NCBI GenBank assembly: GCA_017503105.1
Contig: JAFVTS010000008.1
Location: forward strand, 206,212-270,211
DNA length: 64,000 bases
Source: Clostridia bacterium
GTDB taxonomy: Bacteria > Bacillota > Clostridia > Oscillospirales > CAG-272
Direction: 5' to 3'
Positions 30,914 to 39,094 of the stretch are shown piece after piece. The stretch's first letter is position 1, and the number at the start of each line of letters is the position of its first letter. Made by a program: the position numbers and the translations under genes. The notes under the pieces were generated by a model. It searched no databases and had not been told where the DNA came from. It worked only from the letters and a program-made list of their open reading frames with translations.

Positions 30914-32261
30914 TCTTAGTATTCCCCTGCTTTTGAGCGAGATAGCTGAAGCCACGGGCGGAGTCGTCGGAGCCGAAGATAAGTACGTGGATTTCATTTG
31001 CACGGATTCAAGAGAGCTTACTAAGGACGGGGTATTTTTCGCGTTAGATAAGGCGGAAATATACGTCAAAGAAGCACTATCGGCGGGCGCGGTCGTCAGC
31101 CGTGACCCCTTGGCGACCGTAGCGGTCGACGATGCGGGAGAAGCGCTCTTAAAGCTTGCCGCATATTACAAAACAAGGCTTCCGCATTTAAAGAAGACCG
31201 TAGCCGTAACGGGAAGCGTCGGAAAGACCTGCGTAAAAGATTATACGGCAGCTATACTGTCGGGAAAATACAATACTCACAAAACCTCCGAAAACCGCAA
31301 TAACGACATCGGTCTTCCTCTCAGCATACTCTCAGCGCCGAGCGGCACCGAAATATTAGTGCTTGAAATGGGCACGAATCACCCGGGGGAGATCCGCCGT
31401 CTTTCTCTTTGCGCAAAACCCGATCTTGCGATAATAACGGGGATAGGCACCTCCCACATCGGGAATTTCGGGTCTAAAAAAATAATAGCAAAAGAAAAAT
31501 CCGAAATACGGGAGGGTATGACCGATCCGAACGCTCTCATCATCCCCTGCGGCGAGCCTCTGCTTGACGGTCTTCCCTGCCTTTTCAAGGTGGGAAACGG
31601 CGGTGACGTTGACTTTTCCGTAATCAAAAGCAACGCCGACGAATGCGTTTTTGTTTGCACGACTCCGATAGGAAGCACGAAGGAAATAAGGTTTCCGTTC
31701 GGTGGCGAGCATTACGTAAGAAATCTGGCGTTTGCCGTGTCGGCAGCCGTAGTGCTCGGTATAGATATTGACGGTATCAACGAAAGGCTCTCCGAGTGCG
31801 AGCAATTTCTTCCGCGGCAAAAGAGGATCAGGGTCGGCAACGCCACGTTCATCGACGACAGCTACAACGCCTCTTTAGAAGCTTACGAATCGGCTCTTTC
31901 CGTCCTTTCCGAGTGTCAAGGCACGAGAAGCGCAGTCATAGGCGACGTATTGGAGCTCGGCGTATATTCGGAGAGAATACACAGAGCCATAGGCGAGCTT
32001 TGCGTAAAATCAAAAGCGGATAAGATCTATCCCTTCGGCAAGTATGCCCACGACGTCGCGGAGGGCGCTGTAAGAGCGGGCTTCAATCAAAAAAATGTTT
32101 TTATTAACGATGACCCCTGCGACCACGCGCGTACAGCCGCGCTTATTCTTGAAAACCTCGTGTCGGGCGAAACGGTTCTCGTCAAAGGCTCACACGCTCT
32201 ACATACAGAAAAAATAATAGACTGCGTAAAAGAAATGCAAGGAGCGAAAAACGATGTTTGA
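30903..32261 (+). CDS. murF: UDP-MurNAc-tripeptide--D-Ala-D-Ala ligase
   Basis: VTGSVGKT, EMGTNHPGEI and DSYNAS. Confidence 0.9.
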   Translation: MKVDLSIPLLLSEIAEATGGVVGAEDKYVDFICTDSRELTKDGVFFALDKAEIYVKEALSAGAVVSRDPLATVAVDDAGEALLKLAAYYKTRLPHLKKTVAVTGSVGKTCVKDYTAAILSGKYNTHKTSENRNNDIGLPLSILSAPSGTEILVLEMGTNHPGEIRRLSLCAKPDLAIITGIGTSHIGNFGSKKIIAKEKSEIREGMTDPNALIIPCGEPLLDGLPCLFKVGNGGDVDFSVIKSNADECVFVCTTPIGSTKEIRFPFGGEHYVRNLAFAVSAAVVLGIDIDGINERLSECEQFLPRQKRIRVGNATFIDDSYNASLEAYESALSVLSECQGTRSAVIGDVLELGVYSERIHRAIGELCVKSKADKIYPFGKYAHDVAEGAVRAGFNQKNVFINDDPCDHARTAALILENLVSGETVLVKGSHALHTEKIIDCVKEMQGAKNDV

Positions 32262-33237
32262 ATCCCCACTCATCTACATTTTAATATTTATTTTCACGTT
32301 TACGGTATCTGCCTTCACCGTATCCAAGCTGATACCCCTTTTCGCAAAAGGCGCGACGCAGCCGATCTACGAGGAAGGTCCTTCGTGGCATATAAAGAAA
32401 GCAGGAACGCCTACTATGGGTGGCTTGGGATTTATCATTCCTTTCACAGCGGCAACGCTCATTCTTTGTCTTCCGCTCCACAAATTCGTCGGTGAGAAAG
32501 AGGCGATATCGCTTTTTATCACCGTCATATTCGTTCTTTTAAATGCGGTCATAGGGATAATCGATGACGCTACAAAGCTGAGTCACAAGGAAAACAAGGG
32601 GCTGAAAGCGGGAGAAAAGTTCTTCTTGCAACTTACCGCAGTTATAATCTTTCTTGCCGCAAGAGCGCTTTTATTAGATCAAAAAACAAGCGTATCATTC
32701 TCGTTCGGAACGGTAGATCTCGGTATTTTTTACTACTTTATAACTGCCTTTATCCTTCTCGGAATAATAAATTCCGCCAATCTTACGGACGGTATCGACG
32801 GTCTTGCGAGTGTGGTCGCTTTTGCCGCCGCGGTATCGCTCTTCTACGTATCTTACAAAACGAGCGCGGAATGCTCCGTTATTTCCGCGTCGCTCATAGG
32901 CGTATCGGTCGGATTTATGATCTTCAACGTTCATCCCGCAAAAATTTTTATGGGCGATACGGGTTCGCTTTTTCTCGGTGCAGCAGTTGCCTCCTCAGCG
33001 CTCTCCTTGAATAACCCCTTCATTCTTCTCGGTGTGGGCGGCGTATACGTTCTGGAGGGCACGAGCGTGGTTATCCAAGTCCTCGTATACAAGCTTACGG
33101 GCAAGAGAGTTTTTAAAATGGCGCCCGTTCATCATCATCTTGAAAAAAGCGGCTGGAGCGAAAACAAGATCTGCATTACGGCGATTCTTTTGACCTTCTT
33201 GCTTTCCTTGCTCGTGTTCGCTGTATGTCCCGTATGA
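32254..33237 (+). CDS. mraY: Phospho-MurNAc-pentapeptide translocase
   Basis: Polytopic; NLTDGIDGLA, MGDTGSL and HHHLE. Confidence 0.95.
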   Translation: MFESPLIYILIFIFTFTVSAFTVSKLIPLFAKGATQPIYEEGPSWHIKKAGTPTMGGLGFIIPFTAATLILCLPLHKFVGEKEAISLFITVIFVLLNAVIGIIDDATKLSHKENKGLKAGEKFFLQLTAVIIFLAARALLLDQKTSVSFSFGTVDLGIFYYFITAFILLGIINSANLTDGIDGLASVVAFAAAVSLFYVSYKTSAECSVISASLIGVSVGFMIFNVHPAKIFMGDTGSLFLGAAVASSALSLNNPFILLGVGGVYVLEGTSVVIQVLVYKLTGKRVFKMAPVHHHLEKSGWSENKICITAILLTFLLSLLVFAVCPV

Positions 33238-34406
33238 AAAAAAAGAATTTCTTTTTGAAAGCACCGAAGTCAAAGCTTTTCCAAATAAGTAAAAAATCAT
33301 CGCACCCCGACGCGATCTATCTCGCACTTTCTCTTTTGCTGGCGGTGCTCGGCTCGCTCGCGGTCTTCACCGCGGGACGGGCGTACGCCGAATTCAGATA
33401 CGACGACGGAACGTATTTTATAAAAAAACAAATAATATGGTTAGCGATGGGCGTCGCGGTAATGATAGCCGCCTCAAGGCTTCCCGTATCCTTTTACAAA
33501 AGCGTTACGCCTTTTCTCTACGTATTAACGATAGTTCTTCTGATAATGGTGCTTGCCATAGGATTCGTCGGAAACGGAGCGCAACGCTGGATCTCCATCG
33601 GACCTTTAACGATTCAGCCCTCCGAAATATGCAAGCTCGTCCTCGTTCTTGCGCTTGCGAAATATTTCTCGGACAATTCGGACAAAATATCCGACAGAAG
33701 CAATACGAAAAAGGTTCTCGTGTTCGGCACGCTTATCCCCTTCGCAATAATGCTCTTGCCCATAATACTCGTTATGCTCCAAAAGCATTTATCGTGCATC
33801 ATAATACTCGGCACGATAGGAATTCTCGTTATTTTTATATCGGGAATTAACCCTAAATTCCTTTATATCTTTCTTCTTGTCGGCATTCTTGCGGTGGCGG
33901 CTCTCGCCCTCTTTACCGATTATACGAAGGAACGCATCACCGTTTGGCGCGACCCCGAAGCGTATAGCTTAACGGGAGGTTGGCAAACGCTCCAAGGACT
34001 TATGGCTATCGGAAGCGGCGGACTTTTCGGAGTCGGGATAGGAAAAAGCGTGCTGAAGCACTGTTACGTTTCCGAGCCTGCCAACGATATGATCTTTGCC
34101 ATAGTGTGCGAGGAATGCGGATTCGTCGGAGCCGTTCTCATACTGTTGCTCTTCGCTGCGGTTTGTCAAAGAGGATTCTTGATAGGGCTACGCTCAAAGG
34201 ATACATACTCAAGGATAGTCGCGTGCGGAATAAGCATAAAAACCGCCGTGCAAGTTCTTCTGAACGTAGGAGTAGTCACCAACACCATACCGAACACGGG
34301 CATCTCGCTGCCGTTTTTCAGCTACGGCGGCTCGTCGCTTCTTATGATGTTTCTTGAGGTGGGAATAATGCTTTCGATCTCACGGGATTCCAAAATAATA
34401 AAATAA
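33225..34406 (+). CDS. ftsW: SEDS-family peptidoglycan polymerase FtsW/SpoVE
   Basis: QPSEICKL...GISLPFFSYGGSS. Confidence 0.9.
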   Translation: MSRMKKKNFFLKAPKSKLFQISKKSSHPDAIYLALSLLLAVLGSLAVFTAGRAYAEFRYDDGTYFIKKQIIWLAMGVAVMIAASRLPVSFYKSVTPFLYVLTIVLLIMVLAIGFVGNGAQRWISIGPLTIQPSEICKLVLVLALAKYFSDNSDKISDRSNTKKVLVFGTLIPFAIMLLPIILVMLQKHLSCIIILGTIGILVIFISGINPKFLYIFLLVGILAVAALALFTDYTKERITVWRDPEAYSLTGGWQTLQGLMAIGSGGLFGVGIGKSVLKHCYVSEPANDMIFAIVCEECGFVGAVLILLLFAAVCQRGFLIGLRSKDTYSRIVACGISIKTAVQVLLNVGVVTNTIPNTGISLPFFSYGGSSLLMMFLEVGIMLSISRDSKIIK

Positions 34407-34451
34407 ATCAAAGCAATACGCGTTTTATAACGAAACGGAAAGGTCTATAAA

Positions 34452-35558
34452 ATGAAGTTACTCTTGGCAGGCGGAGGCACGGGAGGTCACGTAAATCCCG
34501 CGATAGCTATCGCACAAGCAATGGAAAAACGGTATAAGGATTTTGAATGCGCCTTCGTCGGAAGACGCGGCGGCGAAGAAAACCAAGCGATAACGTCGCG
34601 CGGATATAAGCTTTACACTCTTGACGTAAAGGGGCTTGACCGAAAGCTCGGTCTTGATATGCTGAAAAGCGTTTACCTCGCCGTTCGCTCACTTAAGGAA
34701 GCGAGAGAAATCCTTCTTGACTTTGCCCCCGACGTAACTCTTGGCACGGGCGGATACGTTTGTTGGCCCATTATAAAAGAAAGCATTAAAGCAGGCATTC
34801 CGACTCTTATGCACGAATCAAATATATACCCGGGGCTCGTGACTCGCACGTTAGGTAAAAAATGCACCGCTCTTTTCTTGAATTCGGAGCAAACGAAAAA
34901 GTTTTTAAAGGACGGTAAAAATTGCATAGTGACGGGAAACCCTCTGAGAGGCGAGTTCTGTCAAAAAACGCGAAAAAGCGCAAGGGCTGCGCTTGGAATC
35001 AAGGAGAGCGATTTTTTCGTCGTTTCGTTCGGCGGAAGCTTAGGATCGAAAAAAATAAACGACACGGTGATCGAAATGATGGCGGATAAGAGCAGCCGTA
35101 TACAGGGGCTCAGACACGTTCACGCGACGGGCACGCGCTATTTTGAAGAAATAAAGAACGAGCACGGTAGTCTTGCAGACGAGTCAGACTTAAGCTTTTC
35201 GATAAAGCCGTATATCGACGATATGCCCTCCGTCCTCACGGCGGCGGATCTTGTAATATGCCGAAGCGGAGCCATAACGCTCAGCGAAATTTCCAAAGCG
35301 GGAGTCGCTGCCATACTGATCCCCTCTCCAAACGTTGCGGACGACCATCAAAGAAAAAATGCCGAGGCGCTCGCGGATGCAAACGCCGCTGTGATGATCA
35401 CAGAGGAAGAGCTAAACGCAAGGACCTTAAGAAAAAAAGTTTTTGAGCTTATGTCAGACGGCAGAAAACGTCGTAAGCTTCAAGAAAACATCAGAAAATT
35501 TCACGTTCCGAATTCCGAGGAGATCATATGCTCTCAGATCAGACGTTCAATTCGGTAA
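34452..35558 (+). CDS. murG: UDP-GlcNAc--lipid I GlcNAc transferase
   Basis: GGGTGGHVNPAIA...HESN...CRSGAITLSE. Confidence 0.95.
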   Translation: MKLLLAGGGTGGHVNPAIAIAQAMEKRYKDFECAFVGRRGGEENQAITSRGYKLYTLDVKGLDRKLGLDMLKSVYLAVRSLKEAREILLDFAPDVTLGTGGYVCWPIIKESIKAGIPTLMHESNIYPGLVTRTLGKKCTALFLNSEQTKKFLKDGKNCIVTGNPLRGEFCQKTRKSARAALGIKESDFFVVSFGGSLGSKKINDTVIEMMADKSSRIQGLRHVHATGTRYFEEIKNEHGSLADESDLSFSIKPYIDDMPSVLTAADLVICRSGAITLSEISKAGVAAILIPSPNVADDHQRKNAEALADANAAVMITEEELNARTLRKKVFELMSDGRKRRKLQENIRKFHVPNSEEIICSQIRRSIR

Positions 35559-35656
35559 AAATCACATCTGCCTCAAAATAATTAGCGTTTTATAGCGATA
35601 CGCTTAATTTTTGACGGGTATTTTAAAGCGAAAAAACAGGCAAAAAAGGCAAAAAG

Positions 35657-35686
35657 CGCGTTTTTAAGCAAAAAAACGCGTTTTTT
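35657..35686 (+). terminator. Intrinsic terminator after murG
   Basis: CGCGTTTTT(35657-35665)/AAAAACGCG(35672-35680), then TTTTTT. An A-run upstream makes it symmetric. Confidence 0.7.
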
Positions 35687-35792
35687 CATTTGAAAACGGC
35701 GTATTCAAAGCAAGAATTTTGTGTTTCTGCTCTATATTATTATATGAATTTTACATATAATTGTAAACAAAAATATTTATCTTTAAAATCTA

Positions 35793-35820
35793 TTGCTTTT
35801 AAATAAAAATAATGTATAAT
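35793..35820 (+). promoter_or_regulatory. Candidate ftsZ promoter
   Basis: TTGCTT (35793-35798), 16-nt spacer, TATAAT (35815-35820), 65 nt before the ftsZ ATG. Confidence 0.45.
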
Positions 35821-35884
35821 ATTATTAGATGATATTTTCGATACTTATTCGAATTTTCAAAAAATTAAAAGTGAGGATTTTAAA

Positions 35885-37153
35885 ATGGAATTTGATTTTG
35901 AGCCCGTATATGACAGTGGCGTGAACATTAAAGTTATCGGAGTAGGCGGTGGCGGAAATAACGCCGTAAACCGTATGATATCTACCAACATCCGCGGCGT
36001 TGAATTTATCGCGGTGAATACCGACAGCCAGATCCTTAAATCCTCTTGCGCGGCTACCAAGCTCGTTATCGGAGAAAAGATCACGAAGGGTCTTGGCGCA
36101 GGCGCTACCCCCGACGTAGGTAAAAGAAGTGCCGAAGAGTCCATCGACGCTATCAAGGATATGATTAAGGGCGCGGATATGGTATTCATTACTGCCGGAA
36201 TGGGCGGCGGAACGGGTACCGGTGCAGCTCCCGTTATCGCAAAGGTTGCAAAGGAGCTTGACATACTCACCGTCGGTATCGTTACCAAGCCCTTCGCATT
36301 CGAAGGAAGAAAGCGTATGGCTCAGGCTGAGGACGGTATAGCAGAGCTTTCCAAGTACGTTGACTCGCTCATCGTTATCCCCAACGAAAGACTTAAGCAG
36401 ATCGAGGATACCCACATCACCCTTACGAACGCATTTGAAATTGCCGACGACGTCCTTCGCCGCGGAGTTCAGTCCGTTTCCGAGCTTATCAACGTTCCCG
36501 GTCTTATCAACCTTGATTTCGCTGACGTTACTACGATTATGAAGAACGCAGGAAACGCTCATATGGGTGTTGGTATAGCAAAGGGCACCGACAAGGCTCA
36601 GCTCGCTGCTATGGCAGCTATCACCTCCCCCCTTCTTGAGACGAGCATCGCAGGTGCAACGGGCGTTCTCGTTTGCGTTACCGCATCTCAGGATATTCAG
36701 CTTGAAGAGGTCGAGGCGGCTTGCGCAATGATCCACGACGAGGTTCATCCCGACGCTCAGAACATCTTCGGTGTAAACCTTGATCCTACTATGGACGACG
36801 AGATCAGAGTAACGATCATAGCAACAGGTTTCGATAAAGTACATAAGGACGAAAGAGATTTGCGCGCAGAGCGCGCTGCTGAACGCACGCTCGAAAGACC
36901 CGCAAGAGCAGCAGCATACGCCGAGCCCGCTCCCGTAAGAGAACCCGCTTATACCGCGGCAGCTCAGCCTAAGCTCACGGACGCAGACCTCGACAGAATC
37001 CTCGCAGTTGACGCTCAGGAGCCCGCTCCCGCTCCTGTAGTACCCGAGGTTCGCGAAGCGGCTCCCGCTCCCGAAGCTCCCGCAACGGCAAAGGATATTT
37101 TCAACGATTACGATTCGGAATTCAAGACCATCAGAAGAGCACACAAGAAGTAA
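35885..37153 (+). CDS. ftsZ: Cell division protein FtsZ
   Basis: [17 protein letters not shown] and tubulin signature [11 protein letters not shown]. Long Pro/Ala-rich linker and a basic C-terminal tail. Confidence 0.97.
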   Translation: MEFDFEPVYDSGVNIKVIGVGGGGNNAVNRMISTNIRGVEFIAVNTDSQILKSSCAATKLVIGEKITKGLGAGATPDVGKRSAEESIDAIKDMIKGADMVFITAGMGGGTGTGAAPVIAKVAKELDILTVGIVTKPFAFEGRKRMAQAEDGIAELSKYVDSLIVIPNERLKQIEDTHITLTNAFEIADDVLRRGVQSVSELINVPGLINLDFADVTTIMKNAGNAHMGVGIAKGTDKAQLAAMAAITSPLLETSIAGATGVLVCVTASQDIQLEEVEAACAMIHDEVHPDAQNIFGVNLDPTMDDEIRVTIIATGFDKVHKDERDLRAERAAERTLERPARAAAYAEPAPVREPAYTAAAQPKLTDADLDRILAVDAQEPAPAPVVPEVREAAPAPEAPATAKDIFNDYDSEFKTIRRAHKK

Positions 37154-37256
37154 TTCAACGTCTGAATTTTGATTTTTTCATCAGTCTTGACGAAGACGAA
37201 AAGCTGTTCCTTGGAGAACGGAATTTACAATCGAGCTCTCTCTGACAGCACGAAAA

Positions 37257-37290
37257 GCGCTTATTGCAACAAAGCAATAAGCGCTTTTTT
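37257..37290 (+). terminator. Intrinsic terminator after ftsZ
   Basis: GCGCTTATTGC(37257-37267)/GCAATAAGCGC(37274-37284), then TTTTTT. Confidence 0.8.
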
Positions 37291-37840
37291 ATTCTCGTTT
37301 TATGCATAAAAATTCATACGAACTTTAAGGTACTCACAGACCGAATCGGAGCATCTCAAATTCAGAGGCGGTATTTATTTCAACGAAGCCGAACAAAAAA
37401 ACTCACAGACTTGTCGCATTCAAAATAAAATAGCCCTCTCCGCTCAGCTCAAAATCATAAGTGTTTTTCAACCTACACAAAAGCTTTTGCAAAAGCGAGC
37501 GCATATATTAAGTCAACATTAAGTCAAAGCCCTTCGTCTTGGCTCTACACAATTCCGTTGTCAATATTTTTGTCGGTTTTTCACACGTATGTTTTTCCGT
37601 TATTACATTTTTACCATATTATGTCATTTTATAGCCTTTTTGGGGCACTTTTTGAACAAAATATCGGAATTATGTAGTATCGGACGGGTGGTTTTCGACA
37701 CTGCGGATTTGTGTAATTCTCTTTTTGAACAGTTACAAACGCTTTTTTATGCCGAGAACGGATTTGTGTATTTTTGAAAAAACGCAAAAAAACCGCGCTT
37801 TTCGCAAGTTTTTAACTCCCTGCAAAAAGCGCAGCTTTTT

Positions 37841-37963
37841 TTATTCGAACGACTGTATAAAGTACATAACGGTTGCGATAACCGCACCAAGTACCATAGC
37901 TCCGAGGAGCACGAACGCAACGAGGCGCGTGGCAAGCCCGCTGTTTTTTTTGTTCTGTTTCAT
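37841..37963 (-). CDS. Candidate 40-aa single-TM peptide (below the ORF-track cutoff)
   Basis: My translation is MKQNKKNSGLATRLVAFVLLGAMVLGAVIATVMYFIQSFE. The AAGGAAG SD is 7 nt upstream, and the start lies 15 nt after the MreB-like gene stop. Confidence 0.4.
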   Translation of the reverse strand: MKQNKKNSGLATRLVAFVLLGAMVLGAVIATVMYFIQSFE

Positions 37964-37978
37964 TTTATCTTCCTTCTT

Positions 37979-39004
37979 TTATTTATTTTTATCTGCATAA
38001 TATTTCGCAAGCATTTCGGTTACGTTTTTATTCCCTGCCCTGACCTTTGCAGGAATAATATTATTAACTCGCGAAAGTCCCTTGGCAACGCAGTCGATGG
38101 CGTCAAGAGGCTTAGTGACGTTCACACCGAGAACCTTTTGCATCATGATCTCTATTCCGAAAAGCTCGGCTCCTCCGCCCGTCAGGACTATTCCGTTTTC
38201 AAAAATCTCTTTAACGGATTCGTATGGGATCTTTTTCACAACGTCGGCAATAGAGCTTAACACCGCGTGAAGCGGCTTCTCAAACACTCCCGCAATATCC
38301 TCGGTGGTAATAGTCATCCTGACCTTATTACCCGTCAAGGAAAGCGTGCCTTCAATATCAATACTTGAGTTCTCGCGCCCCGGCCAAACAGCGCCGAGCT
38401 TTTCTTTAATAGCCCTGGCAACCGACAAAGAAACCGTCACGTCACCCTGATCATATATGTACTGCTTAACAGCCTTATCAAAATCCTCGCCGCCGACCAT
38501 TGAACGTCCGCAAAGAATGATCTCGCCGCCGTGAAGAACCGACACCTCCGTGCACGAAGCTCCTATATTTACGGAGATTGCGCTGATGCTCGGAGAATAT
38601 CCCGCACCGATCAAAGCCGCAACCGAGCGGTTGACCGAGAAGCACTCGTGAACGCCGACGGACGTCAGAATAGCAAAGAGCTCGCGCTCTTGCTTCACGT
38701 GCAGATCGGACGGCACTCCGACAACGCAGCGAAGATGCTCAACGGGCAAAATACCGCCGATAGCATTTTCAACTATTCCCTGCGTGATCTTCGAATCGAA
38801 GAGCAGACCGTTTTTAAAAGGTCTTACAAGCATAGCGCCGGGGTTCTCTCCCCCCTCGCCTGCCGCGGCAGCATTTCCCACAGAAAGAACGGCACGCGTA
38901 TTCTTATTTACAAGAGCAACCGACGGTTCGCGATAAACGCCTGCGGTGATATCGCTGAGAGTTATATTCGCATAGCCGAGATCCAAGCCGATTTTAGTTA
39001 CCAT
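37979..39004 (-). CDS. Divergent MreB-like actin-fold protein
   Basis: Collinear with MreB (IGLDLGYANI, REPSVAL, VRPFKNG, GIVLTGGGAELF, DCVAKG). The phosphate-2 motif is NIGASCTEV rather than DIGGGTTEV. Confidence 0.7.
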   Translation of the reverse strand: MVTKIGLDLGYANITLSDITAGVYREPSVALVNKNTRAVLSVGNAAAAGEGGENPGAMLVRPFKNGLLFDSKITQGIVENAIGGILPVEHLRCVVGVPSDLHVKQERELFAILTSVGVHECFSVNRSVAALIGAGYSPSISAISVNIGASCTEVSVLHGGEIILCGRSMVGGEDFDKAVKQYIYDQGDVTVSLSVARAIKEKLGAVWPGRENSSIDIEGTLSLTGNKVRMTITTEDIAGVFEKPLHAVLSSIADVVKKIPYESVKEIFENGIVLTGGGAELFGIEIMMQKVLGVNVTKPLDAIDCVAKGLSRVNNIIPAKVRAGNKNVTEMLAKYYADKNK

Positions 39005-39046
39005 GCCGCTTCCTTTCTTTTTATTGAAATATTACCCTTATATTAC

Positions 39047-39075
39047 ATTATACTATATTTATTGAAGAATTTCAA
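39047..39075 (-). promoter_or_regulatory. Sigma-A promoter for the MreB-like gene
   Basis: Minus strand reads TTGAAA (39075-39070), 17-nt spacer, TATAAT (39052-39047). Confidence 0.55.
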
Positions 39076-39094
39076 GTACATTTTGCAATTTATC

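Noticed and set aside
35825-37144. 439-aa ORF antisense to the whole of ftsZ.
   Set aside because: It is codon-aligned with ftsZ on the opposite strand, so it stays open simply because ftsZ uses no TTA, CTA or TCA codons. Its product is Cys/Gly/Ser-rich junk with no SD. ftsZ itself is unambiguous.
37508-37527. TTAAGTCAA-ca-TTAAGTCAA direct repeat resembling a CtsR box.
   Set aside because: The repeat period is 11 rather than 10. The heptads are AGTCAAC/AGTCAAA rather than GGTCAAA, and there is no downstream gene or promoter for it to control.
37694-37700. Perfect Spo0A box (TGTCGAA on the minus strand) in the ftsZ-downstream spacer.
   Set aside because: A single 7-mer is expected several times by chance in 64 kb on two strands. 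No second box or adjacent promoter or gene is present.
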